Assembly: GCA_038087875.1 (NCBI GenBank)
Contig: JAXLNO010000155.1
Coordinates: 1 to 64,000, forward strand
Length of the DNA stretch: 64,000 nt
Direction: 5' to 3'
Source: Malacoraja senta
Taxonomy: Eukaryota
Position numbers and translations under genes: made by a program. The number at the start of each line of letters is the position of its first letter. Positions within the stretch are counted from its first letter, which is position 1. Below are positions 12,635 to 24,689 of the stretch, piece after piece. Below the pieces are notes generated by a model. The model saw only the letters and a list, made by a program, of their open reading frames with translations, was not told the DNA's origin and did no database searches.

Positions 12635-12756
12635 GCCAACAGATTTATCCTGTCATGGCATGGATGACTTTCGCCCGTAACAGGATGGACCAAGAGATCT
12701 GGTCTTTTGGGAAAGGTCATGAGTGGTTCAGAGACCATGTCGAGGACCACAGGGAA

Positions 12757-14634
12757 TCATGGCTTTGTATGCCAATCGGGTACTACCAAAATACCTGAAG
12801 CTGAGTCCATTTGTATTTTGCGTAGGACCCGACTGATGAGGCAGAAGGGGGGGAAGGCATAGAAAAACAATTTTCCCCAATTCAGCGAAAAAGCGTCCAT
12901 CGCTGCTGCCTCAGGGTCTGGCTCCCAAGCGACATATGTTGGTAACTGGTGATTCAGTCTGGATGCAAAGAGATCGATATCAGGTGTACCATACCGCATT
13001 GTACTATCAGCAAATACTTTGTGGTTCAACATCCATTCGGTGTTGTCATTAAATTTTCGTGACCTGGTGTCTGCCACTGTATTGAGCTTACCTGGTAGGT
13101 AAGTTGCTGATAGCCAAATATGTCTGTCGACACACCATTGCCAGATTGTGCTGACCAGATCGTCACACGATATCGATTTTATTCCACCCATATGATTAAT
13201 ATAAGCCACCACTGTGGTATTGTCAATTTGTAGGCGGACATGCAAATGGTGCATAGCTGAACAGTAAGCTTTTATCCCGTAAAACGCACCCAACATTTCT
13301 AAGTAATTTATACCCAGTGTCTGTAGTAGTAATGATTCTTGTATGTTCCATCTACCACCAGTACTAGATATAGTGTTAGTTGCTCCCCAGCCCTGAGCAC
13401 TGGCATCCGTTTGTAATGTGAATGATGGGTTACTGATAACGATGGGGCTGGAACTATGCCAAATGTTTTCTCTCCACCATTGTAACTCCGAAATTGCTTT
13501 GGCTGGTAATTGCATATGTCGATCAAAATGACCTTCATGTTGTTTTAGCGCTTGCACCTTTGCCCTTTGTAAATTTTGGTAATGCAAAGGTCCAAACTGA
13601 GTAACTGGAAATGCTGCTACTAGTTTCCCAATCACTTTTGCCACCTGTCGAATAGATGGTTGATTAGTAACAATCAATTTGTTGCAGGCTTCCACCAAAT
13701 CTGCTGCTTTGTCCTTTGGCAATGTTACAGACATGTGGACAGAGTTAATTGTGAATCCCAGATAGTTCATAGTTGTGGATGGTGTCAACTTAGATGTATG
13801 TATGATAAACCCCAGTGTTTCAAACAGATGTTTGGTAGCTAAAACCGCTGATTTAGCTAATTCCAGGGTTTTCCCCACAATGAAAATATCATAAAGATAT
13901 GCCATAACAATATGTTTTTGTTTCCTTAGTATTGCCAAGGCTGGTTTCAATATCTTGGTAAATAGTCTTGGGGCTGATGTTAACCCATTAGGCAACGCTT
14001 TATACTGCCATAGTTGCCCCATCCAGTTAAATTTTAGGTATCTACAATGATACTTATGAATGGGTACTGAATATTATGCATCTTTTAAATCGATGCATGC
14101 CATGAAGTATCCTTCGGGAACTAATTGTTTGGCAGTAACAAATGTTTCCATTTTGAAATGTATATACTTAACAAAAGTATTCAGTCTAGTTAAGTCAATG
14201 ATGATGCGACATCCACCATCTTTCTTAGTTTTTGTAAAAATGCTCGATACAAATTCCAGAGAGTCATGCTCCGTTCTCTCTATAACTCCTTTAGCATGTA
14301 ACCTCTCCAGTTCTGCATGTCCTTTGAATGTTTCCCGTTGTGAGAGTACAAACTCCCTGTCAGGTACATGTTCAACTGGTGGCATACATTTTTGGATGAA
14401 ATCAATTTTGTATCCCTGAATACTTTGTAGTATATATTTGTCAAATGTAATAGTCCTCCATGCTTCCCAAAACAAGTGTAACCTTCCTCCTGTTAGTACA
14501 GGACCTACACCTTTTATGTCCTGGAAGGAACCAGACACACCTACCTCCATGGTTACCGGTGGTATGTTCATTTCTTCGGCCTCTGTTTCTTCACTGGTTG
14601 AGGCGCCGGAGTGTGGGGTTGGCGCATCTTCCAT
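12757..14634 (-). pseudogene. DIRS pol (RT, RNase H, methyltransferase-like), copy B
   Basis: TGGRLHLF, KKDGGCRIIIDL, IDLKDA, LPNGLTSAPRLFTK, YLYD (mutated YLDD), TDASAQGWGA, INYLE, DNTTVVAYIN, DLFASRLN..YAFPPF. Confidence 0.92.
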
Positions 14635-15814
14635 GAGGGCCGCTCTGGGCCTTGGCCTAAAATGGCCCTTCGTGATTGATGTGCGGCCCTCATGCTTTCA
14701 CCAGCACCCTGGTGTTGATGCCTGCTGATGGATGCATAGGGGTGCTGCCGCCTGGGGTGTGTAGTTTTGCTCGTTCCTGCAGCTGCCCTCATAAGCCCAA
14801 CGGCTTCAGACTCTTCGTCCAGTTCTTTTATTTGCTTGGACTAGTCTTTTCCAAACAGCAGTATCTGTGGCTGTGCAGTTGCAGTTTTGCACAACCCTGC
14901 GAATTTGGGGTTGAGGGCAGGTTTGATGGCGTTCTTCCGCAGGCAGTTTATTTCATACTGTGTATTACACAGTAGGGCCAGTGTGTCCTGCTGGTTATCC
15001 GTCATTTCAACCCCGTCAACGGAACGAGCGTAGGACGTTATGGCTGAAGTCAGAAGTTTTAATATCTTCTGAAGCTTCACCTCCTGGGCCCTTATGCCCA
15101 GCCCAATGTACCCCCAGATTTGGCTGTTGACGGCGAGTACATTTAGTGAGATGCAGTTCTCCGGAGGTATATATTTGCCCATTGTTTCATTGACTACCTG
15201 TTCCTGCAGAGGGTGGAAGGACAGGTAGTCTATACTGGCCGCCAGTTTGGCCTGTAATGGTTGCCCCGCTTGGGGTGGTACCGCAAACTTGTTGACCACA
15301 CCCAGCAGCTCTTCCTGGTCCTGCACCCCCAGCACACTGCTGGTATCTTCAGCCACGAACCCCTCTTCCAGGCCAGCCCAGCCCTGCCCCCCAACGCTCC
15401 CCTCTGTCGAGGGAGATGCGATGGACAGCGCAGAATACGGTGCTGTTGTGGGTGTGCGAGCACTCCCATGGCGAGCTTGCTCCATCTCCCGGAGCAAGTC
15501 TCGTTGGAGCATCTGCTCCATCAACCGCTCCATGCGGGATAGACAGTCACCTTTGCAGCTCTCGGACAGCGCGTCCTCCTGACCGGACTCGTCCTAGTCT
15601 ATCGGCCAGACCGACTTCTGCTTCGCCTTGCCTCCAACCCGCTGCATTGGTTCGAGCTTGCGGCGTTGGGCTTGGCTGAGCAGTGTTAGAGTCGGTGACT
15701 GGACTGCAGGGAATGCGGTCCCGGTGCCGTCGGTCGCTCCCCTCTGCCTTAACCTTCCTGGTCCACCACAGTCGTACGGGACGCGACTTTCTTTATTTTC
15801 CTTCCCTTGTCCAT
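14568..15814 (-). pseudogene. DIRS gag-like ORF1 (copy B)
   Basis: ATG at 15814 followed by early stops and frameshifts. ORF 14841-15533 is homologous by eye to copy A gag, and the region overlaps the start of pol. Confidence 0.75.
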
Positions 15815-18159
15815 GTTTGCTGAAATACAGAACACAGCAAGGGTTCGAAATAAACGACCTCAGAATAAGATTAACCTACCTGCTGGTCCCGTTTTAAACT
15901 TTGCCGCGGGAGAGCTCTTCCCCCGCCCGTCGCTGTTGCACAGCGTGAGACGTTATGTCGCGCATGCGTGCTGGCGGGGTCTTCACGTAGTCACTCACGT
16001 GACTCCAAAGTAAAATTGGGCATTTGGAGAGCAGTAAAAGGATTAGTCCTAGTCAACATGGATTTATGAAAGGGAAATCATGCTTGACTAATCTTATGGA
16101 ATTTTTTGAGGATGCGACAAGTAAAATGGATGAAGGGGTGCCAGTGGATGTAGTGTATCTAGAGTTTCAGAAAGCCTTCGATAAGGTCCCGCACGGGAGA
16201 CTGGTGACTAAAATTAGAGCACATGTTATTGGGGGTAGGGTGTTGACATGGATAGAAAATTGGTTGGCAGACCGGAAGCAAAGAGTAGGAGTGAACGGGT
16301 CCTTTTCAGAATGGCAGGCAGTGGCGAGTGGAGTGCCGCAAGGCTCAGTGTTGGGGCCACAACTGTTTACCATATATATTAATGATTTGGAAGAGGGAAT
16401 TAGGAGCAACACTAGCAAGTTTGCAGATGACATAAAGCTGGGTGTCAGTGTGAACTGTGAAGAGGATGTTAGGAGGCTGCAGGGTGACCTGGACAGGTTG
16501 AGTGAGTGGGCAGATGCGTGGCAGATGCAGTATAATATAGATAAATGTGAGGTTATTCACTTTGGCGGCAAAAACAAGGGGGCAGATTATTATCTCAATG
16601 GGGTATGGTTAGGTAAGGGGGAGGTGCAGCGAGACCTGGGCGTCCTTGTACACCGGTCATTGAAAGTTGGCTTACAGGTACAGCAGGCAGTGAAGAAAGC
16701 TAATGGAATGCTGGCCTTCATGACAAGATAATTTCAGTATAGGAGTAAAGAGGTTCTTCTGCAGTTGTATAGGGCTCTGGTGATACAACATCTGGAGTAT
16801 TGTGTACAGTTTTGGTCGCCTAATTTGAGGAAGGACATCCTTGTGATTGAGGCAGTGCAGCGTAGGTTCACGAGATTGATCCCTGGTATGGCGGGACTGT
16901 CATATGAGGAAAGATTGAAAAAACTAGGCTTGTATTCACTGGAGTTTAGAAGGATGAGGGGGAATCTCATAGAAACATATAAAATTATATAAGGACTGCA
17001 CAAGCTAGATGCAGGAAAAATGTTTCCAATGTTGGGCGAGTCCAGAACCAGGGGCCGCAGTCTTAGAATAAAGGGGAGGTCATTTAAGACTGAGGTGACA
17101 AAAAACGTTTTCACCCAGAGAGTTGTGAATTTATGGAATTCCTTGTTTCTATAAGATCCCCCTCATCCTTCTAAACTCCAGTGAATACAAGATGCATGGT
17201 TTCATTGACTTCGCCTATTGAAAGAATTAAACATAGCAGGTATGTGCAATATGAATTAGATAGCTGCTACCTAAAGATGCCAGTAAAATACAAATCAAGT
17301 CACATTCTTTTTGAATGGGGAATATGCATTACATATTAAAACAAATAAAGCTTACAGTTTGAAGAAAGATGCATGCAGTGATTTGTTCTTACCCAGTGAC
17401 ATAGTTCTCCAGCATTTTTCAGTAGAAGCTTCTTTAAGAGAATGTTTCGGAGCAGACAGGTTTTCACGTTGGTTCCTTGTCGTTTTCTTCAATTTAAAAA
17501 CTTTCCTTATGTCATACAGAAGAAATTATTTTTCACACAAAGCATCCTGTACAGTATTGCCATACCCCTGATCCTCGATTAGCAAGTGTACAGAAATAGT
17601 CTGCAGAGCCCGTATGCAAGAGGTGCCATATTTTAGTGCCATTTTAAAAGTCCACGCTCTAGTTCATATGACACATCCTGACACATCCTAGGCTGTTGCG
17701 GGCCTCCGGCCATCTCCTTCCTTGGACGGGGCCCGTTCCTTCTCTCCAGGGATGTTGCCTGCGTGTGCTGCTTTTACTGTGGATCATGCATGGTATTGAA
17801 GATGCACTGAGCTGGCATGTCATTATTTTTGGACATACCTGAAGCTGCCCTTCTGCACTCCTCATTGAACCAGTCTTGACCCGCTGGCTTGACTGAAAAG
17901 ATGAGAAGAATGAGGAATCTGCTAAGTCATGACATTGTAGAATGTGGTGGGTTGCATTTCTGCTGACGCCCCACAGTAATTCTTGGAGAGTTAAGAGTGT
18001 TTAATTGTCGTATGTACCAGTAACAGAACGATTAAATTCTTGCAGCTAGCAGCTTAACAGGCTTGACTCGCATACACAGAGAAAACAGGAATAAAAAAAT
18101 GGAATAAATTTATAACCATAATACTAGGCAGCCATAATAATGCAAAAGCAGGAGTCCTG

Positions 18160-19210
18160 TGCTCGGTCTCGCTGATATATAAGAGTCCACACCTGGATGG
18201 ACTTGCAGAAAATGTGAATATGCTCATGTATGAATGGCCTCCTTCACTTTCAGAGAGCACATTACAGGTACACCTAGAACAGCAGATACAGTAAATGTGG
18301 TTGGAGGTGGTGCAAGTGAACCTCTGCTTCACCTGAAAAGGTTGTTGGGGGTCCTTGGATGAAGTAGAGGAGGGAAGTATAGGTTCATCTCCTGCTCAGG
18401 TGTTGCATCTCCTGCGGTTGTAGGGGAAAGTACCTGGAGAGGAGGAAGTTTGGGAAGGGATGAGTTGACTAGGGAGTTACATAGGGAACGGTCTCTGCGG
18501 AAAGGGGTGGAGATGGGAAGATGTGGCTAGTGGTGGGATCCCGTTGGAGGTGGCGAAAATGTCGGAGGATTATCTGCTGTATTGGATGACTAGGGGGACT
18601 CTGTTCCTGTCACAACTGGAGGGAAGGGGAGCAAGAGCGGAGCTGCGGGATACCGAGGAGATCCTCTGTCCCTAATCAATGGGGACATCTCGGATGTCCT
18701 GGTATGGAACACCTCATCTTGGGCGCAGATGCGGCGTAGACGGAGGAATTGGGAGTAGGGGATAGAGTCTTTACAGGAAGCAGGGGGGTAAGACATGTAG
18801 CCTAGATAGCTGTGGGAGTCATTGTCAGTTGATAGTCTTGGACCATCTCCTGTGATGGAGACAGTGAGATTAAGAAAATGTAGGGAGATGTAGGAGATGG
18901 TCCAAGTGTATCTTGCGTGCAGGATGGTAGCACCAATCCAGTCGTCAATGTAGCGGTGGTGGATGTGGGTGCTGCTCCTCTTGGCAGCTATGTCATCATG
19001 TGTCTTAGCCCCATGGTGGTAGGGCAGGTGGCATGGTCCAGTAGTGGAGCTGCAGCGGTCGATTCGAGGAGTGTCAATGGAGGGACTGGTCTGGAGACGT
19101 GCAAGCTTTTGATCCTTAGTGGAGCCCAGATAAGTGAAGAAGCGTTTGTTGAGAGCGTGGATCTGGCATCGAATTAAGTAAAGTTCTGGTCCATTGCAGG
19201 ACTGGTTTAA
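18160..19210 (-). mobile_element. Degraded Penelope-like element
   Basis: RYIDD, FLNLTVSI, SIPYSQFLRLRRIC and QRFTCTTSNHIYCICCSRC..LLYISET motifs, with internal deletions. Confidence 0.8.
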
Positions 19211-19214
19211 AGTT

Positions 19215-19700
19215 GCCAAGGTTTGTGATATATAGTGCGATGGTTGCTGCTAGTCTTGACCTGGAGGTCATGGTTTTCAGGCTCCTGCACCACTTTCCTG
19301 ATGGTAGGCGTGAAATAAGAACATGGCCAGGGAGGTGTGGGTCTTTGATGATAGTGACTGCCCTTTTTGAGGCAGCGCCTCCAAAAAATCCTTTTGACGT
19401 TAGGGATGTTAGTACCTGTGATGATCCAGGCAGTGTCTACAGAACTCTGTAATCTCCATTCCTGGGCATTTGATTTGCGAAACCAGGCCGCAATGCAACC
19501 ACTCAATGTAATCTCTATCTGTGGACCTTCAATGGAGTATTTGTTGACATAACAAATCTCCTCGATCTTCCAAGGAAGTACAATTGTTGATGAGCTTGCC
19601 TTGTGATTACATCAATGTACCAAGCTCAGGACAGATCTTCAGAAATATGAAGATTCCTGACCCAGGAAATTGCAGCTGTTGACTTTCTGATAGAAATTCA
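19215..19700 (-). mobile_element. Degraded Rex1/Babar-type LINE fragment
   Basis: SGCIAAWF..IITGTNIP..RRCLKK resembles the ORF at 53246-54682. Confidence 0.6.
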
Positions 19701-20379
19701 AAGAAACAGAAAATGCAGGAAACACTCAGCAGGTCAGTGAACATATGTGAGAAGAGTAACAGAGTTAACATTTCAGGCCAAAGAGGCCAAGTCAAAACCA
19801 GTAAACTCGTGCATACCAAGTTTTGAGCCTCCAGATTTGTTTGGACTCCATCCCATTTAGCATGATTGTAGTGCCACATAACATGGAGTGTGTCATTGGT
19901 TTGACTTCCCAGCAATTGTTTAGTGGTTAGTACTCCCACTTAGGGAAGATGCATTGTCACAGTCCATTCTTGTGATGGTTGTTGAAGCAAGGCAGTTTTG
20001 AGTCATTTTGCTGGTGCGAAGCTGTTTTGATTCATTATGCGGTGAAGATGATGTATTCATGCAGAATTGATTTGATGCCACGGACATGGCCACTGCTGCT
20101 GCCTTCAGAAAGGTCATCTTCCCCCAACAGTATCTGAAATGTGTTACTGAGGGCAATGGGGACAGTACTGCCGGCACTGTGTGTCTCTTCCTTTGTCTTC
20201 CCTGTGGTCACAAAACTACCTGCAGCCTTCACTTCTTTTTTAAATACAAAGAGCTTTCATGCAAACAAACGCAAATACAGAATAATAATAAAAATCAAGA
20301 CTACCATTGGCAAGTTACAATCAAATAGTTATCAAATTAAAATATTGTCAACTTCATCTCCAAACACTCGACTCCCCGT

Positions 20380-20770
20380 GGTGACCAGCATTCACGGAAG
20401 GCCTCTAGACTCCTCCTGGATACCGTTTGCTCCCTCTGCAGGGACACACGGCCATGGACGTAGACCCGGAAGAGGGGCAGGCAGTCGACTGGTGCAGAAC
20501 CCTTGACTGCCCGCTGCTGGATCTGCGAAAGGCAATCTTGGCCAGGCCCAGGAACGAACCGTCAGGGTGACGCCCCCTCCCTAACGACCCTCCCCCCTCT
20601 ACTGGGTGACCAAAGATCAGGAGCGTGGGGTTAAAGTGCAGCCAAAACTTGAGGAGCATCCCCTTCAGATAGTCAAACGGGCTGCACTCTCACACTCCAT
20701 ATAGACATGGAACACGGTCTCTTCCTCGCTGCAGAAGTGACAGGCGGCTGGCGAGTCCATGAGCCAACTT
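20380..20770 (-). mobile_element. Tx1/L1-clade LINE 3' fragment
   Basis: Zinc-knuckle ACHFCSEEETVFHVYMEC followed by MLLKFWLHFNPTLLIFGHP..LGLAKIA. Confidence 0.7.
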
Positions 20771-20989
20771 AAATATCTGTTACTTGCCACAGCTCTGTGG
20801 CATGTAACAGATGCCACCCCATATATCCTCCCCCCAGGACCCCAATGAAGCAGCCTTCACCTTTTTTTTTAAAACAAATATTTAATTCCAAAAACAAAAT
20901 CAACATACAAAGTAGTATAGCATTCATATCAAAAGCTGCCTGTATCGGCGGTTTACAAACAAAACAAAAATTGAAATTAAGATCCCGCC

Positions 20990-21560
20990 GTCCTTGTCTA
21001 TAATACACTCGACCAGCGTTCAAGGAAGGCCTCCAGCGTCCCCATGGACACCGCGTGTTCCCTCTCCAGGGACACGTAACCCCGGAAAAGGGGCAGGCAG
21101 CCGAGCCCTGTGCGGCCGTCGACTGCCTGCTGCCTGGACCAGCGAATGGCCATCTTTGCCAGGCCCAGGACAGACACGGAGACCCCCCTCCTCCCTCCTG
21201 ACCCTCCCCCCTCTGTTCTGGGTGCCCAAAAATCAGGGCTAAAATGGAGCCTGAACTTGAGGAGCAGCCCCTTCAGATACTCGAACAGGGGCTGCAACCT
21301 CTCACGTTGTACATACAAATGGTACACGGACGCCTCCTCACCGCAGGAGTGACAGGCGGCGGACGAGTCTGTACAACACGCGCCTCTCCGCGTCACAGAA
21401 CGGCACTCTGGGCATCTCGGAAAGGCGGGTCATGTTGCCTCGGGCCGGCTCTCGGGGCCATGGGTCCTATGAACAATTCCGACGGAGTGGGGGTAAGCCC
21501 GGCCGGAATCGCTCCATGCACACGTCTCTCTTCGACACCCACCGTGACAGGGTGAGGACC
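20990..21560 (-). mobile_element. Tx1/L1-clade LINE 3' fragment (second copy)
   Basis: ACHSCGEEASVYHLY..RLQPLFEYLKGLLLKF..LGLAKMAI..LEREHAVSMGTLEAFLERW. Confidence 0.75.
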
Positions 21561-22238
21561 GGTCACCCTCGCAGCCACAACACCCCCCAGCCTTCACCTT
21601 AGGAGTGACCATCTCACTAAAACTCATACTATACGATACAACTTTATTTATCTGTTGGTCTGCCAACAGGCAAAAGATATTTACAACGGATTGAAAGTGT
21701 CCTGTGCATTATAATAATAATAATGCAATTAAACTGACCCTTTATTGCACAGCACATATGTAATATTGCACAAACATGAAATTAAATTATCGAATGGAAA
21801 AGTCCAGGATGAGGAATTTGCAAAATGTGAGGGGGGTATCAAGGGCGAGGAGTTGTACAGTTTGATAGCCACAGTAAAAAAGGATCACCTGTGGCGTTCT
21901 GTGCTGCACCTTGGTGGGACCAGCCTGTTGCTAAAGGTGCACCTTAGGTTGATCAGTGTGGGGGGGGGGGGGGGGGGTGAGATGTATTGTCCAAGATACT
22001 CTACAGTTTGAGGAGCATCCTCCTTTCCGAGACCAACTCCAATGAATCCAACTCCATTCCCAGGGCGGAGCCAGCCTTCCTGATGAGCATGTTGATTCTG
22101 TTGGCATCCGCGGCCTTTATTCTGCTACCCCAGCACACGACAGCATAGAAGATGGCACAGGCCACCACTGATTGATAGAACGTATGCTACATCCTCCTCA
22201 GAAAGTACAGACCGCTCTGTCCCTTAATGTGCCTAATG

Positions 22239-22500
22239 ACCCTGTCTCACGGTGCGTCCACCCACGAGTGTTCCCGAGTGAAAGAAAAAATCAAACTCGT
22301 GGTTGTCTACGAGATTCCAAGTTTATATTCACGAGTTTAAACAAGTTCCCGCGTTTATGTTAAAGTTTGCCGTTTACTTCTCATTTCTGCGATGTACCAA
22401 GTTCCTCTCCCGAGTTACTCTTGAGCCAACAACGACTACCGACGTGTGGAAAAATCATCACATTGTAAAAATTATGTCATGCAGTTTTTTTCTCACTATA
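22239..22500 (+). mobile_element. Terminal arm of a non-autonomous DNA transposon
   Basis: Starts ccctgtctcacggtgcg..cacccacgagtg..cccgagt. About 65 bp is inverted relative to ~24918-24983 and similar to the start of 62262. Confidence 0.5.
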
Positions 22501-22509
22501 AAAAGACCC

Positions 22510-22640
22510 AGCCTGAAGAACGATCTCGACCCGAAATATCACCTATTTCTTTTCTCCAGAGATGCTGACTGACCAGCTGAGAATCCATCATTTTGTGTCT
22601 ATCTTTGGTTTAAACTAGTATCTGCAATTCCTTCCTTCAA
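22510..22640 (+). mobile_element. Penelope-derived short element (pLTR-like) with degenerate hammerhead motif
   Basis: ctgaagaa..tctcgacccgaaa..cacctatt..ctccagagatgctg, similar to 10486-10585. Confidence 0.65.
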
Positions 22641-22761
22641 ACTTTTAGAGCAGTTTGTTTCAAGAAACAATCCTTCCAAAATTGCATTCAAAAGTCCATT
22701 TTGAACTGCATTTGTTCAAGGTCTGGCATCAATCATTGAAAGGCATGGGCTGTTTTGTGTC

Positions 22762-22962
22762 GGGAGGAACTGCAGATGCTGGTTTACACCGAAGATAGAC
22801 ACAAAATGCTGGAGTAACTCATCGGGACATGCAGCATTTCTGGAGAGAAGGAATGGGTGACGTTTCTGGTCGAGTCCCTTCTTCAGACTGAAAAAATGTT
22901 TCGACCTTTCTCTCCAGAGATGCTGCCGGCTTGGCTGAGTTACTCCAGCTTTTTGTGTCTAG
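22762..22962. mobile_element. Inverted pair of Penelope-derived pLTR segments
   Basis: A minus-strand copy (22762-22890) and a plus-strand copy with an internal deletion pivot on ttcag-a-ctgaa at ~22887. Confidence 0.7.
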
Positions 22963-23109
22963 TAAGATTGTTTTATTCCCTTAATTTATCTCTCATCAAA
23001 ATGTTGGTAAACTTCTAAAGAAAAAGATTAGGTAAATTGAACATTAACGTTATTTTTTCCCCCGATAGCAAGGTCCGTAGACCAGAGGGATAGCAGTGTG
23101 TGTCTCTCT

Positions 23110-23400
23110 ACTCACCCAGTATGTCCGTCAGAGCAGCCGTCCCACCGTCGCGACTTAAACTGTATAAAAAGTAGCGGCTCAAAACATTGCTGATTGGGCA
23201 GATCTGCCCAGAAACCCCCCTTTTCACACTAACCCCAGCCCTGGGAAACAAAGTTGTCAGAGCCCTACAGTCACCCCAGCCCGCCCGCGAACCTCTGAAT
23301 GAAAGACAAAGCTCAGATGTTCTCTTCAGCAGTGGCGTCCCAGAGTTTCTCAGCGCCTGGCCCAAGTTTCAATTTAAACTCGGGTAAACTGAGTTTTCAT
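23110..23400 (-). promoter_or_regulatory. Candidate Pol II promoter and first-exon donor
   Basis: Locally CpG-rich. Minus-strand GCCCAATCAG (CCAAT box) at ~23190-23199, TATAAAAAG at 23163-23171 on the plus strand, and consensus donor CTGG/GTGAGT at 23110-23115 on the minus strand. Confidence 0.3.
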
Positions 23401-23771
23401 TAAAAACCCAAATACAATTGACCCTTAATTGTAAATATGAGAATGTTTTCCTATATTGTGGTACACTTTCATCTGGTGTAGATACCATAATTTATTAGAA
23501 AAATATGAATACACAAACACAGGGGTTAGTTAAAAATTGGAGTCATATCCCATCTACATCTCACACTCTCTCGCTGTGTTTTTATGAAATGTCATTAAGG
23601 ACTGATGTTATCTGTTTTTGCTGGACTGAAACCAACACATTTACAACATAAAGTTGTGGGTAACTTTTTAGGAAAATACTTGTGATGTAAAGAACCTGAA
23701 ATTAATTTATTTTACATAACATACAAAAATATCTCTGGTCTTAATTACCAATGCAGCTTGTGAACATATTT

Positions 23772-23965
23772 GCGGGTGCGGCAACATCTATGGAGCGAAG
23801 GAAATAAGCAACGTTTCTGGCCGAAACCCTTCTCCAGACTGAAGAATGGTTTCGGCCCGAAACGTTGCCTATTTCCTTCGCTCCATAGATGCTGCTGCAC
23901 CCGTTGAGTTTCTCCAGCACTTTTGTCTACCTTCGATTTTCCAGCATCTGCAGTTCCTTCTTGAA
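23772..23965. mobile_element. Inverted pair of Penelope-derived pLTR segments
   Basis: About 65-bp inverted arms pivot on cag-a-ctg at 23838. The plus arm has CTGAAGA-stem-GAAACG and is near-identical to 10490-10580. Confidence 0.75.
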
Positions 23966-24104
23966 CTTGTGAACTTATTTTGTGAACTTCCCCACTGAAC
24001 GCCTCCTATCTTTGGCAAGCATATAGCACGGGTTAGTACAAATACACTTAAAACTCTGAATAGTAACATGCCACGAAGTAGCTTCCAACGATTCATTTAT
24101 CAAG

Positions 24105-24212
24105 AAGCTAAAGTAACTCAGCGGGACAGACGGCATCTCTGTAGAGAAGGAATAGGTGACGTTTCGGGTCGAGACCCTCCTTCGGATTAAACCTGCATCT
24201 GCAGTTCCTTCC
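24105..24212 (-). mobile_element. Penelope-derived short element fragment
   Basis: Minus strand reads ..agggtctcgacccgaaacgtcacctattccttctctacagagatgcc.., containing hammerhead stem II, GAAA and CGTC. Confidence 0.65.
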
Positions 24213-24689
24213 CATTTATAATTTATAACATTTATAAAATTCCCATTTATAAAATAATAAAATAAAACATCCCATTTACAATATTGTTTTGACCAATTGC
24301 TCTCTAACGCGGACAGACTGGGTGGAAAGTGATGCCTGATAAAATCCACTGTATAAACGCATCAGCCTTCAATAACTGATGTTAATTTGTCGGATATAAA
24401 TCCTGAGACGGGGCACCTGTTCCATATATCTGCTTCTCCATAAAAAGTGCATTAACTTAACAAGGATTCATGGCACCGTTTCAATGTGAAAAGTTAATGT
24501 TCTGAAGGGAACTAATTAACTCTCGCAATGCGGCTTTCCCCACACTGCATGGTTCATTCTTTTTGCCACTGTTTCTCAGATCCCCGGTGAGTGCTTTTTG
24601 CTCCTTAACAGTGAATTGTTAGATCACTGTAAAATTTTCCATTAAGATCTGACTAATCTGCAACATTTCACTTCTGGCACTCAGGCCAA

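Larger units (their letters stand above)
11158..16016 (-). mobile_element. DIRS1-type retrotransposon (copy B), full-length, decayed
   Basis: Terminal sequences are near-identical to copy A. ICR at 11374-11486; gag, pol and YR on the minus strand. Inserted at an AAT/ATT trinucleotide within CR1 ORF2 with no longer TSD. Confidence 0.95.
10835..17145 (+). mobile_element. 5'-truncated CR1 LINE split by DIRS copy B
   Basis: ORF 10883-11160 (PGPDGLHPRVL..NYRPVSLTSVVGKMLESIIKEVII) resumes at 16017 (GHLESSKRISPSQHGF..GVPQGSVLGP..FADD). Several stops downstream. Confidence 0.9.

Noticed and set aside
12757..13030. Adenine methyltransferase motif (DLFAS..FPPF) as a bacterial restriction-modification or contaminant gene
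   Set aside because: It is the known methyltransferase-like domain downstream of RNase H in DIRS1 pol, and it is present in both DIRS copies.
17143..17190. Short inverted repeat of 16929-16976 as a functional hairpin
   Set aside because: It is a small CR1 fragment in the opposite orientation with mismatches, consistent with rearrangement debris.
17392..17420. KRAB-A-like MLENY followed by a splice donor (minus strand)
   Set aside because: There is an in-frame stop just upstream and none of the other KRAB-A residues; it is a five-residue coincidence.
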